Below are positions 1 through 7,427 of a stretch of DNA of 53,015 bases, in pieces. The translations under genes and the position numbers were made by a program. Source of the DNA: a virus (taxonomy: Duplodnaviria > Heunggongvirae > Uroviricota > Caudoviricetes); the IMG/VR virus record IMGVR_UViG_3300029305_011445. One strand, 5' to 3'. The notes beneath the pieces were generated by a model that searched no databases, was not told where the DNA came from, and worked only from the letters and a program-made list of their open reading frames with translations. Positions within the stretch are counted from its first letter, which is position 1. Every line of letters begins with the position of its first letter.

Positions 1-210
1 TCCGATCTATATATTGATATGGATGGAGTCCCACAGGTCGCAAAAGATTATACGGAAAACGGTTCTTGGCGTTACTATGGTGATCGTGTCGTTGCCTGGT
101 GGAATATGCCGAATCCAGGTGGTCCGTATAAAGCGGATTGTGATATTGCATCAATTAATGAAGAAGCAAAAGACTCTACGAAAAATCCAATCATTGGTTT
201 AAGGAGGTAG
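1..210 (+). CDS. Partial CDS (C-terminus; frame open at left edge), DUF551-like phage protein
   Basis: Frame 1 is open from base 1 to TAG at 210; RVVAWWNMPNP resembles the V-x-x-W-M-P-L-P motif of DUF551. Confidence 0.45.
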   Translation, partial: SDLYIDMDGVPQVAKDYTENGSWRYYGDRVVAWWNMPNPGGPYKADCDIASINEEAKDSTKNPIIGLRR

Positions 211-217
211 TTGAATC

Positions 218-541
218 GTGAAATTATATCAAGTTATTCCACGTGGTTTAAAATGCGATAACCCGTTTTGTGATTGGGAAGACATGTCAATCGAATATAA
301 AGATTATGAACTTTATGTCAATGCGGCATGCCCAAAATGCGGCGAAAATTTACTCACCGAAGAATGTTTCGAAAATGTTAAGAAGCAGGTTAAAACTGGT
401 GAAGAAATCAATAAGATGCTTCTTGATACAGCTCAAGAGTTAGGACTGGATCCGGAGACAATTTTAAAAGGGAATACTGCTTCTGTTTTCTTTGATGTTG
501 ATAAAGATGGCAACATTGTCAAACTAAGAGAATTATCGTAA
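218..541 (+). CDS. Zn-ribbon hypothetical protein
   Basis: 107-aa ORF after AGGAGG; CDNPFC and CPKCG cysteine pairs. Confidence 0.75.
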   Translation: MKLYQVIPRGLKCDNPFCDWEDMSIEYKDYELYVNAACPKCGENLLTEECFENVKKQVKTGEEINKMLLDTAQELGLDPETILKGNTASVFFDVDKDGNIVKLRELS

Positions 542-548
542 ACGAAAC

Positions 549-584
549 AAAGACCTATCAACATCATACTGATAGGTCTTTTTA
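549..584 (+). terminator. Rho-independent terminator (probably bidirectional)
   Basis: aagacctatca-N7-tgataggtctt followed by T run. Confidence 0.75.
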
Positions 585-747
585 TGGGTGCCTTAAAAAC
601 CACCCGGCCCGCACAACAGGCAACAACTTTCTTCCGGCACGCTATTTGGAAAAATATTAATATGTCGCAAATATCAATATAGATTCAAACAAGTTTTACA
701 ACAATACCTATTCGCGACTTAAGCACTGCTGCCATAAGGTGGTAAAA

Positions 748-807
748 GTGGCAATAGGGGATTCGAACCCCATCATTAACATAAGCAGAATTCCACGTTT
801 TATCCAC
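748..807 (-). pseudogene. tRNA remnant (T arm intact, body degenerate)
   Basis: GGGG-TTCGAAT-CCCC T arm; acceptor pairing poor; no D or anticodon arm. Confidence 0.4.
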
Positions 808-887
808 CGCGGACAAGAGGAATCGAACCTCAAGCGTGGTACTTATGTTCCCGCCGGATACCCAATCTTCTTCATACGCATGTCCGT
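808..887 (-). ncRNA. 80-nt tRNA-like RNA lacking canonical D and anticodon arms
   Basis: Acceptor CGGACA/TGTCCG, T arm GAGG-TTCGATT-CCTC; interior GCGT/ACGC and GGTAT/GTACC helices with a 15-nt loop. Confidence 0.5.
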
Positions 888-1022
888 TACAAATGTCCAT
901 GGTACATTTGTAATAAGTTTAAACATTAAGTGTAAACAGTGTACTTTACGACTCCGGTTTGCCATGTTATTTAATTTATTATGTTGTTTAACATATCTTT
1001 ATTAATCTTTTAACAAGATTAA

Positions 1023-1220
1023 TAGCGAGAGAGGGAATCGAACCCCCATATTCATACTCAATACAAGGTTTATACACGTTTTCAGCTTATTCCCATTTCA
1101 GCTTAAATTATCATACGTATCACTTCTTGTATCGCCTTTGAAAATTTCAACCGCCCTACGTTTATGCGAGCATTCAATTGTGGGAAACAACCGTTTACTC
1201 TATCCGCCGCAGTACTCGCC
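1023..1220 (-). ncRNA. 198-nt tRNA-like RNA with a very large internal insertion
   Basis: 5' GGCGAG pairs with 3' CTCGCT-A; T arm GGGGG-TTCGATT-CCCTC; about 150 nt of structured interior. Confidence 0.6.
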
Positions 1221-1229
1221 ATATTTTAT

Positions 1230-1631
1230 TTACCTCGAACGCGAATAGCCTCTTGGTCTTTCTGGAAGCTCATATACTTCATTTCGAAGAAATGGTCCGG
1301 AATTACACGATAAATATTTCTGAGTAATATTTTCAATAATACTCAACGCTTCTTCTTCTGTTTCGTAATCTGCAATCGCAAAATTCTGATCACCGATTGT
1401 TCGAACCATAACTGCACCGTACTCAGTAGCATACAAACATAACACATTATCAAGGTTTACTAACATTTTGCCACTCTGGTTTCTAATTAACATTATTTTT
1501 ATTCCTTTCTTTAAAACTCTGGATTCTTTCAATATATCGAATAATTCTTCTCTGTTTTTGTTATATAGATATTCGTTCCCATCTTTATCAAGTGGAAACA
1601 AACAAAGTTTGACTCGTGTAATTGTATCCAT
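1230..1631 (-). CDS. Hypothetical protein, paralog of 6730-7425 (shared N-terminus)
   Basis: 133 aa; MDTITRVKLCLFPLDKDGN vs MDTITRFHLCLFPFDKNGN. Confidence 0.8.
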   Translation of the reverse strand: MDTITRVKLCLFPLDKDGNEYLYNKNREELFDILKESRVLKKGIKIMLIRNQSGKMLVNLDNVLCLYATEYGAVMVRTIGDQNFAIADYETEEEALSIIENITQKYLSCNSGPFLRNEVYELPERPRGYSRSR

Positions 1632-1633
1632 TT

Positions 1634-1858
1634 TTATACTCCTGCCAAATCGATATAGTCTCTCATGGCATCTTCAATACCTTTTATAATTTCTTCATCT
1701 GAGAGTGAATCAAAAATATTATCGATATTGCATCTGTACGTTGTGGATAATTCACATAAAGCGAACTCTTCCGAAACTGGTCCTGTACCAACCTTTTCAT
1801 ATCTTGTTGCCAATTCATCATTAATCGCGATATCTCTGCCTTTTACATTAAGTAACAT
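1634..1858 (-). CDS. Small acidic hypothetical protein, paralog of 7428-7652 and 6163-6420
   Basis: 74 aa; RBS AAAGGA; INDELATRYEK shared with 7428-7652. Confidence 0.85.
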   Translation of the reverse strand: MLLNVKGRDIAINDELATRYEKVGTGPVSEEFALCELSTTYRCNIDNIFDSLSDEEIIKGIEDAMRDYIDLAGV

Positions 1859-1902
1859 AATTTTGATTCCTTTCTTTAAAGAATATTAACAAAAGTTTTT
1901 GT

Positions 1903-1938
1903 TATATTTATTATACTGTAATAAGTTTTTAAAGTCGA
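1903..1938 (-). promoter_or_regulatory. sigmaA-type promoter
   Basis: TCGACT-17 nt-TATAAT upstream of 1858. Confidence 0.55.
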
Positions 1939-1979
1939 ATGTTAGTATTTTTAGTGTCTAATCAACATCTCATTAATAG

Positions 1980-2053
1980 TAGATCCACTGGGGCTCGAAC
2001 CCAGGACCTTCCGGTTATGAGCCGGACGCTCTGACCAACTGAGCTATGGATCC
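1980..2053 (-). tRNA. tRNA with CAT anticodon, Ile2-like
   Basis: Canonical cloverleaf; GGCTCATAACCG anticodon arm resembles Firmicutes Ile2. Confidence 0.9.
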
Positions 2054-2199
2054 ATAGTGGTAGCAAGATTCAGTCTAATCACCTATCTTGCTACTTTAAC
2101 TATACGCAGTTCCCTTTAACAGTTTAGATTGCGCGCTTAATCTTAAACTATGTTGTTATCGGCTTTTTACGGTCGGCTCGCGTATCTCCGCATTCCGCG

Positions 2200-2271
2200 C
2201 TGAGCTGGAGGGATTCGAACCCACGAATACCGGAATCAAAATCCGGTGCCTTACCGCTTGGCGACAGCCCA
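2200..2271 (-). tRNA. tRNA-Gln(TTG)
   Basis: TGGGCTG/CAGCTCA acceptor; loop TTTTGAT. Confidence 0.93.
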
Positions 2272-2417
2272 ATATTTTAAGCAACTTGCAAAACGAATGA
2301 AACCAAGTTGTTTGATACATCACTATCCACGTTTAAGGATGCCCATCGTTGCGTCATGATGTATGTTTTAATATATATTATTAGGTCCAAAATTATTTAA
2401 AACGTAGTGATTTGTTT

Positions 2418-2777
2418 TTAAATTTCTGCTACAGTTTCCATAATCGGGATGACAATATACTTGCCACCCGGGTTAAAATCATCTTCTTTTGAATCCCACC
2501 ATGATGAAAGGAAACTTGATTTTGCTTTTCTTTCACTCATGTACGTTTTGATTGGCGTATCACCAATTTCGTCTACGTTTTTAAGTTCATAGTGGCGTGC
2601 TAACCCGCAAAAAATCCGTTTTCTATCTGATGTCATTACAACAAATCGTTTACGTTTGATTACAAGATTATCTGAAATAACATCTCCTAAATCCCAACCA
2701 CATTCCGTATGTATACTCCTGTAACATTTAAATTGACACAAGTATATCATGGAATTAACAAACCGTCTACATATCAT
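2418..2777 (-). CDS. Hypothetical protein (start uncertain)
   Basis: 119-aa ORF between tRNAs; RBS weak. Confidence 0.65.
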   Translation of the reverse strand: MICRRFVNSMIYLCQFKCYRSIHTECGWDLGDVISDNLVIKRKRFVVMTSDRKRIFCGLARHYELKNVDEIGDTPIKTYMSERKAKSSFLSSWWDSKEDDFNPGGKYIVIPIMETVAEI

Positions 2778-2883
2778 TCATTGTACGAATATTATTATTC
2801 CAAAACGAATAATTTAATTCCAAAACATTGATGTAAAAAAAATTGAATCAGATAAATCTGAATCAACTCTTTTGATTCAACAA

Positions 2884-2956
2884 TACCAGTACCAGGGATT
2901 GAACCTCTACAATTGAACATTAGTAGTTCGATTGTCATGCATTAAACTATACCGTC
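2884..2956 (-). tRNA. Degenerate tRNA with CTA (amber) anticodon
   Basis: 73 nt; loop TA-CTA-AT in GAAC/GTTC stem; A33, no D-loop GG, weak T stem. Confidence 0.45.
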
Positions 2957-2964
2957 TAAATAAA

Positions 2965-3035
2965 CTATGGCGCCGGGAATCGGACCCGAATAATCTGGTT
3001 CAAGGCCAGCCGCATTACCATTATGCTACACCACA
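2965..3035 (-). tRNA. tRNA-Gln(TTG)
   Basis: Loop CCTTGAA; variant T loop TCCGATT. Confidence 0.8.
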
Positions 3036-3041
3036 AAGAAA

Positions 3042-3132
3042 CGGCGCAGACAGGACTTGAACCTGCAATCCATTTAAAAATGGGGCCTATGATTAGCAAT
3101 CATCCGTCTTACCAATTAGACATTACTGCGCC
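3042..3132 (-). tRNA. tRNA-Ser(GCT)
   Basis: Loop TTGCTAA, long variable arm, G73. Confidence 0.92.
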
Positions 3133-3136
3133 ATAA

Positions 3137-3201
3137 CTACCGGTACAGGAATTGAACCTGTGTTTTATGGGTCAGAACCATATTGACCTCATCTCACGGT
3201 A
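3137..3201 (-). tRNA. tRNA-Gln(CTG) with truncated D arm
   Basis: 65 nt; perfect TATGG/CCATA anticodon stem and ACAGG/CCTGT T stem; D region about 7 nt short. Confidence 0.6.
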
Positions 3202-3213
3202 TTGAATTAGAAA

Positions 3214-3286
3214 AGACCTTGGTCGGACTCGAACCGACGATCCTGGTTTTGCAGACCAGAGTCTTAGCCATCTTGACTACAAGGCC
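3214..3286 (-). tRNA. tRNA-Cys(GCA)
   Basis: Loop CTGCAAA, U73. Confidence 0.95.
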
Positions 3287-3291
3287 ATATA

Positions 3292-3362
3292 CAGAGACGA
3301 GAGGAATTGAACCTCTATTTGATGGTTCAGAGCCACCCGGTTTACCATTAACCTACGTCCCT
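3292..3362 (-). tRNA. tRNA-Gln(CTG)
   Basis: Loop CTCTGAA; AGGGACG/CGTCTCT acceptor. Confidence 0.9.
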
Positions 3363-3370
3363 AAATTGAG

Positions 3371-3456
3371 CGGTACGGGAGGGTCTCGATCCCTCATGTC
3401 GATTTCTCGACTCCCGCTTAGCAGGCGGGCACATTTGCCACTTCTGTCACCGTACC
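3371..3456 (-). tRNA. tRNA-Ser(GCT)
   Basis: CCCGC/GCGGG stem, long variable arm, atypical T loop ATCGAGA. Confidence 0.85.
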
Positions 3457-3461
3457 AGATA

Positions 3462-3536
3462 TTTCCCCGACTGGACTCGAACCAGCAACAAGTAGATTAG
3501 AAGTCTACTGCTCTCATTCCATTGAGCTACGAGGAA
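3462..3536 (-). tRNA. tRNA-Arg(TCT)
   Basis: Loop CTTCTAA; canonical cloverleaf. Confidence 0.93.
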
Positions 3537-3537
3537 G

Positions 3538-3610
3538 TCCTGACAATAGGAATTGAACCTATCACCTCACGCTTATCAGACGTGTGCTCTACCTACTGAG
3601 CTATGCCAGG
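3538..3610 (-). tRNA. tRNA-Ile(GAT)
   Basis: Loop CTGATAA. Confidence 0.95.
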
Positions 3611-3615
3611 ATGAG

Positions 3616-3691
3616 TATCCCTGACACGATTCGAACGTGCAACAAACCTTGGTTCGTAGCCAAGTGCTCTCTTCCATTGAGCTACAGGGAT
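3616..3691 (-). tRNA. tRNA-Arg(ACG)
   Basis: Loop CTACGAA. Confidence 0.93.
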
Positions 3692-3696
3692 ATAAA

Positions 3697-3768
3697 TGTC
3701 GATAGCAAGAATCGAACTCGCATCAGGGAGGTAGAAACTCCCTGTTCTATCCATTGAACTATATCGAC
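3697..3768 (-). tRNA. tRNA-Arg(TCT)
   Basis: GGGAG/CTCCC stem, loop TTTCTAC. Confidence 0.9.
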
Positions 3769-3775
3769 AAATAAG

Positions 3776-3862
3776 CGGTTGGAGTGGGATTCGAACCCAC
3801 ATGACTGTTACATCACATTAGTTTTCAAGACTACGCCGTTATAACCATTTCGGTACCCAACC
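3776..3862 (-). tRNA. tRNA-Ser(TGA)
   Basis: Loop CTTGAAA, long variable arm. Confidence 0.93.
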
Positions 3863-3866
3863 ATAG

Positions 3867-3937
3867 CAGATCCACTCCGAATCGAACAGAGAAATGTGAG
3901 GCTGGAGCTCACTGTTTTACCATTAAACTATGGATCC
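3867..3937 (-). tRNA. tRNA-Trp(CCA)
   Basis: GTGAG/CTCAC stem, loop CTCCAGC. Confidence 0.9.
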
Positions 3938-3943
3938 ATATAA

Positions 3944-4026
3944 CGCCGTAGACACGATTCGAACGTGCAAGCCCTTTCAGACCAACGATTTTCAAGACCG
4001 CTTCTTCCCCAACCCAGACCTACGGC
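3944..4026 (-). tRNA. tRNA-Ser(TGA)
   Basis: GCCGTAG/CTACGGC acceptor, loop CTTGAAA, long variable arm, unusual D arm. Confidence 0.8.
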
Positions 4027-4110
4027 AAATAAAATAAGCAGAACATATTCATTGAAAACGAATACACTCTGCTTCATTAAGCTTTGTTTCAGTTATATCT
4101 GTAACAATAA

Positions 4111-4302
4111 TTATGCACAATCTGCATATCTGAAAGTAGTTTGATACTTACGATACGAGACTCCCTCACTTGTTTCAGATGTTTTCGTTTTCATATGAAT
4201 TTTTGCATGATGAATAAGACTAGATACGATACTTGACCAGCTGCATCTAATCTGACGAGACGATTGTGAAATTCGACAATTTGTTCTCATTGTTGCTTTC
4301 AT
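4111..4302 (-). CDS. Possible small basic Ser/Arg-rich protein between tRNAs
   Basis: AAAGGA RBS before ATG at 4302; 63 codons; no family recognised. Confidence 0.4.
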   Translation of the reverse strand: MKATMRTNCRISQSSRQIRCSWSSIVSSLIHHAKIHMKTKTSETSEGVSYRKYQTTFRYADCA

Positions 4303-4341
4303 GATTAAATTCATTCCTTTCATTAATTTGTTTACAAAAAA

Positions 4342-4422
4342 TGCCCGCTACGAGACTCGAACTCGTACGCTCTAGGCGGCTGCTTCTAAGGCAGCGGTGT
4401 CTCCCAGTTCCACCAAACGGGC
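4342..4422 (-). tRNA. tRNA-Leu(TAG)
   Basis: Loop CTTAGAA, long variable arm, A73. Confidence 0.93.
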
Positions 4423-4428
4423 AAATAG

Positions 4429-4509
4429 TACAGGAACCGGGATTTGAACCCGGATGAACGAGTCAATTGATTTTGAATCAACCGCGTCTGCCAATTTCGC
4501 CATTCCTGC
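4429..4509 (-). tRNA. tRNA-Leu(CAA)
   Basis: Loop TTCAAAA, long variable arm. Confidence 0.92.
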
Positions 4510-4513
4510 ATAG

Positions 4514-4587
4514 TACACCTGGTGAGATTCGAACTCACACTGAACCGGGCTTAAACCGGATGCCTCTTCCAATTGGGCTACAAGTGC
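4514..4587 (-). tRNA. tRNA-Leu(TAA) with short variable loop
   Basis: Loop TTTAAGC; 74 nt; no long variable arm. Confidence 0.8.
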
Positions 4588-4597
4588 ATATTATAAA

Positions 4598-4670
4598 TGA
4601 CTCCGGCCGGATTTGAACCGAGCATTACTGACTTGAAAGGCCAGTGTCGTAACCACTAGACCACGGAGCC
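4598..4670 (-). tRNA. tRNA-Glu(TTC)
   Basis: Loop CTTTCAA. Confidence 0.93.
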
Positions 4671-4674
4671 ATAG

Positions 4675-4759
4675 GGTGAAAGATGAGATTTGAACTCACA
4701 CGGGATTTCTCCCACCGGAACCACAATCCGGCGCGTCTACCAATTTCGCCACTAACACC
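4675..4759 (-). tRNA. tRNA-His(GTG) with long variable arm
   Basis: Loop TTGTGGT, encoded G-1:C73, GGGA-GAAA-TCCC variable hairpin. Confidence 0.85.
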
Positions 4760-4795
4760 ATATTATTCATTGTAACACTATTATATGTTACACAG

Positions 4796-4870
4796 TTGGA
4801 ACGACAGGATTCGAACCTGCGACCTCTCCGGCCCAAACGGAGCACTCTAGCCAAACTGAGCCACGTTCCA
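4796..4870 (-). tRNA. tRNA-Pro(TGG)
   Basis: Loop TTTGGGC. Confidence 0.93.
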
Positions 4871-4880
4871 ATATTCGTAA

Positions 4881-5105
4881 CTACACGACTGTAGTCACGA
4901 TAATGTTGTCTATTGTTGTATCAAATATTGTTGCTAAGATTACCAAATTATCTATCGTTGGTATCGTATCACCACGGAACCATTTATATATTGCTTGTGG
5001 TGTTTGAAATCCAAATGTATTTTGTACCTCAGCTATTGTCATTTTCTTTGCTTTTACCATATTTTTGATGTTAGCACCTGTTGCTATCATATCTATCGTT
5101 GGCAT
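4881..5105 (-). CDS. XRE-family helix-turn-helix regulator
   Basis: MPTIDMIATGANIK...TPQAIYKWFRGDTIPTIDNL; GGAG RBS before ATG at 5105. Confidence 0.9.
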   Translation of the reverse strand: MPTIDMIATGANIKNMVKAKKMTIAEVQNTFGFQTPQAIYKWFRGDTIPTIDNLVILATIFDTTIDNIIVTTVV

Positions 5106-5145
5106 ATTATTTTCTCCTTCGATTCTACTGGAGCGTTTTGCATAC

Positions 5146-5275
5146 AAAAAGACACCGTTTCATAAGCATTTAAGCCTAGTCCCGGTGTCTGTCCTATAAA
5201 CAAAAACACCGTTTCATTTCTTTGCATCAAATTAATTGCTTCATAAGCCTATGCAAAGTAATAAAACGGAAACAT
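5146..5275 (-). promoter_or_regulatory. Attenuator-like leader (candidate HTH-XRE RNA motif)
   Basis: Terminator GACACCG...CGGTGTC-TTTTT with an upstream competing CGGTGT copy and a further sequestering hairpin. Confidence 0.6.
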
Positions 5276-5318
5276 GTCAATGATACTTCTATTTATTGAT
5301 CAATCAATGAAAGTTTAA

Positions 5319-5453
5319 TCATTCCATTTTGGGTTCTTTTTGCATAGGTACGACAAATAAGCTTCTCTGTTCTCGTTCGCAAAGCGGTAACGAAATGAGA
5401 TGCCAAGGTCTAATACAACTATGCAATTGCGATACCATGAATGTTGTTTTCAT
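5319..5453 (-). CDS. Possible 44-aa leader or small protein upstream of the XRE gene
   Basis: AAGGA RBS; MKTTFMVSQLHSCIRPWHLISLPLCEREQ... Confidence 0.45.
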   Translation of the reverse strand: MKTTFMVSQLHSCIRPWHLISLPLCEREQRSLFVVPMQKEPKME

Positions 5454-5702
5454 TGTTTTGTTTCCTTGCGTACTCGTAACTAAAGTTACTCCGTCGTACG
5501 TTCCTTTCATAATTTTGTTTCTTTGTTTCTTTCTATATCAAGAGCACACGAATGTTTACATTCGGTGTGTGAATGATTTGAGAATAACCTTTCTTAAATT
5601 AATTATACTAAATTGTGACAAAAAGTAAAGTAAACCTGTAGTATACTAATCGTCATTATTGTTTGTTTCTAAAAGATATTTCGGCCAAAATTAACCAAAA
5701 TA

Positions 5703-6176
5703 TTAATCACCAATGTCACCATAATCATCGATTTCAAAATCATCCAAGTTACAGTTTTTATAATCTTCAGCATTCATTTGTGGATGCGAATCAATATAAT
5801 TTGATATCAAGTCTGTCACATGTTCGTGTATCATATTATTTTGAAATCCTGTTTTTATACTTTTCAAAATGCGGGATAAATAAAATTCATCACCAAGTAT
5901 GCTAACAATATCGTCTAATAATACAGCGTCGAAAAGTTTGTGACTGGATAAATTATACTGAAACAATTGAATGTATGGTTTATCTACAATGTTGTGAATA
6001 ATCATAAATACATTTTCATTTGCATCTGATCGTATATATGCATAATTCGTTGTAGAAAGTCCTTTTGCTGTTTCTGCAATTTTAAGTATATTATCTGTTA
6101 TTGCATTATAATTGTTTTGCAAATCTTCATGATTTTTGGCAATTATGTTTAAATTGAAACATTTATACCCAACCAT
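5703..6176 (-). CDS. Hypothetical protein
   Basis: GCAGGAG RBS before ATG at 6176; acidic tail. Confidence 0.75.
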   Translation of the reverse strand: MVGYKCFNLNIIAKNHEDLQNNYNAITDNILKIAETAKGLSTTNYAYIRSDANENVFMIIHNIVDKPYIQLFQYNLSSHKLFDAVLLDDIVSILGDEFYLSRILKSIKTGFQNNMIHEHVTDLISNYIDSHPQMNAEDYKNCNLDDFEIDDYGDIGD

Positions 6177-6420
6177 GATGAATATCTCCTGCTTCAATTT
6201 TCTTTGCAATTTCAGGCATTCTACGACCCATTTCTGCATAATCTTTTATTGCTTTAATCACGTGCGATTCAATATCTTCAATGCTTTTATTTTTTTTGAT
6301 CGCCCCATGTGCCATAAAATCAATTTCATCCTGTGTTAATTTTACACCGGTTGCAACTTCGTATTCTTTTACTAACTTATCATCAACTGTGATTTCTTTT
6401 CCTTCAATATTGTAAGTCAT
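6163..6420 (-). CDS. Small hypothetical protein, distant paralog of 1634-1858 and 7428-7652
   Basis: MTYNIEGKEITVDDKLVKEYE vs MLLTVKGRTVEINDELATRYE. Confidence 0.8.
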   Translation of the reverse strand: MTYNIEGKEITVDDKLVKEYEVATGVKLTQDEIDFMAHGAIKKNKSIEDIESHVIKAIKDYAEMGRRMPEIAKKIEAGDIHHGWV

Positions 6421-6497
6421 TTTTTCTCCTTTTCTTTTGCAACTATTTATTGTTACAAATATATAAGGACCAATTTCTTTAAAAACGTAGTAAATTG

Positions 6498-6707
6498 TTA
6501 TACCAACATATCTACGTTACCGCCAATATGCGGATTAACACTTCGCTCCATAGATACTTTTGACGGAGTCGGTGCTGCCTCAATCATTCGCACCATTCCT
6601 TCTCCTGCCGTCTTCATTGCATCCATATTTTTGTTTAATACGGCAAAACCAATTTTGGTGCCTAAATTTGCAGCAGATAAGTTGCTTGAAATCTGTCTTA
6701 TATTCAT
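6498..6707 (-). CDS. YjfB-family (putative motility) protein
   Basis: C-terminal MERSVNPHIGGNVDMLV typical of Clostridial YjfB proteins; AGGAG RBS. Confidence 0.75.
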   Translation of the reverse strand: MNIRQISSNLSAANLGTKIGFAVLNKNMDAMKTAGEGMVRMIEAAPTPSKVSMERSVNPHIGGNVDMLV

Positions 6708-6729
6708 TGTTTTATATACTCCTTTTGTT

Positions 6730-7425
6730 TTAATCATCGTCTGCTGGGTCAAACCCATTATAATCATCTAAATTACCAGCATCATCAGTTCCACCTGTAT
6801 TGTTGATACCAATGCCATAAGTATTGCACATTGCTTGAAATATTGGTGATGCATTATATACTGCTGCATAAAGATTTTCAACAGATACATATTCAAGCGA
6901 CATTGATTCATATGCACCTATCAATGCATCTATATGGTCATTATACTCTGGTAATGATTTGAAACTTGGTCTATATGTATCAATATACGTTTCATACATA
7001 TTAATTGCATCAATTAATGGAATTGCAGCAAGCCATGCTTCATATATTTTGTTTGTACAACCTTCTATATGGTGAGCATTTGCAATCTCTTGCTTTGTGT
7101 TTTGTTCCAAGTTTGCCAATACATACAATTTAATTTTATCAAAGAAAAATGTATCATCATTAAATACAATTCGTTGTTTTCTTGTGTCATATATTCCTAA
7201 ATATATATTATCGTTATGAATAAACATGGTAAGATATGTTGTTGGATCAGAATTATATCTTACAAGTGACACTATCCCTTTATTGTTTAAATTATATGAG
7301 TTCTTGAAACTTTCTATTACTTTTACAACATCATATAATTCTGCACGATTTTGATTATATTTATTTATATTACCATTCTTATCAAATGGAAATAAACATA
7401 AATGAAACCTGGTAATTGTATCCAT
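6730..7425 (-). CDS. Hypothetical protein, paralog of 1230-1631
   Basis: 231 aa; shared MDTITR...LFP..K.GN N-terminus. Confidence 0.85.
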   Translation of the reverse strand: MDTITRFHLCLFPFDKNGNINKYNQNRAELYDVVKVIESFKNSYNLNNKGIVSLVRYNSDPTTYLTMFIHNDNIYLGIYDTRKQRIVFNDDTFFFDKIKLYVLANLEQNTKQEIANAHHIEGCTNKIYEAWLAAIPLIDAINMYETYIDTYRPSFKSLPEYNDHIDALIGAYESMSLEYVSVENLYAAVYNASPIFQAMCNTYGIGINNTGGTDDAGNLDDYNGFDPADDD

Positions 7426-7427
7426 AT

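Noticed and set aside
586-655. SRP RNA-like CCGGAAGAAAG segment
   Set aside because: The stem around GGAA does not pair and the AGCAG/CAGG loop is absent
685-1005. ORFs 685-900 and 739-1005
   Set aside because: They overlap the tRNA-like elements, lack an RBS and show no protein motifs
1023-1220. Calling the 198-nt RNA a tmRNA
   Set aside because: No G3-U70 alanine determinant, no tag ORF ending in an ALAA-like degron, and shorter than typical tmRNA
1742-1750. DnaA box TGTGGATAA
   Set aside because: Inside a coding region and isolated; expected by chance
3183-4572. ORFs 3183-3500, 3593-3802 and 4372-4572
   Set aside because: Translations of tRNA genes
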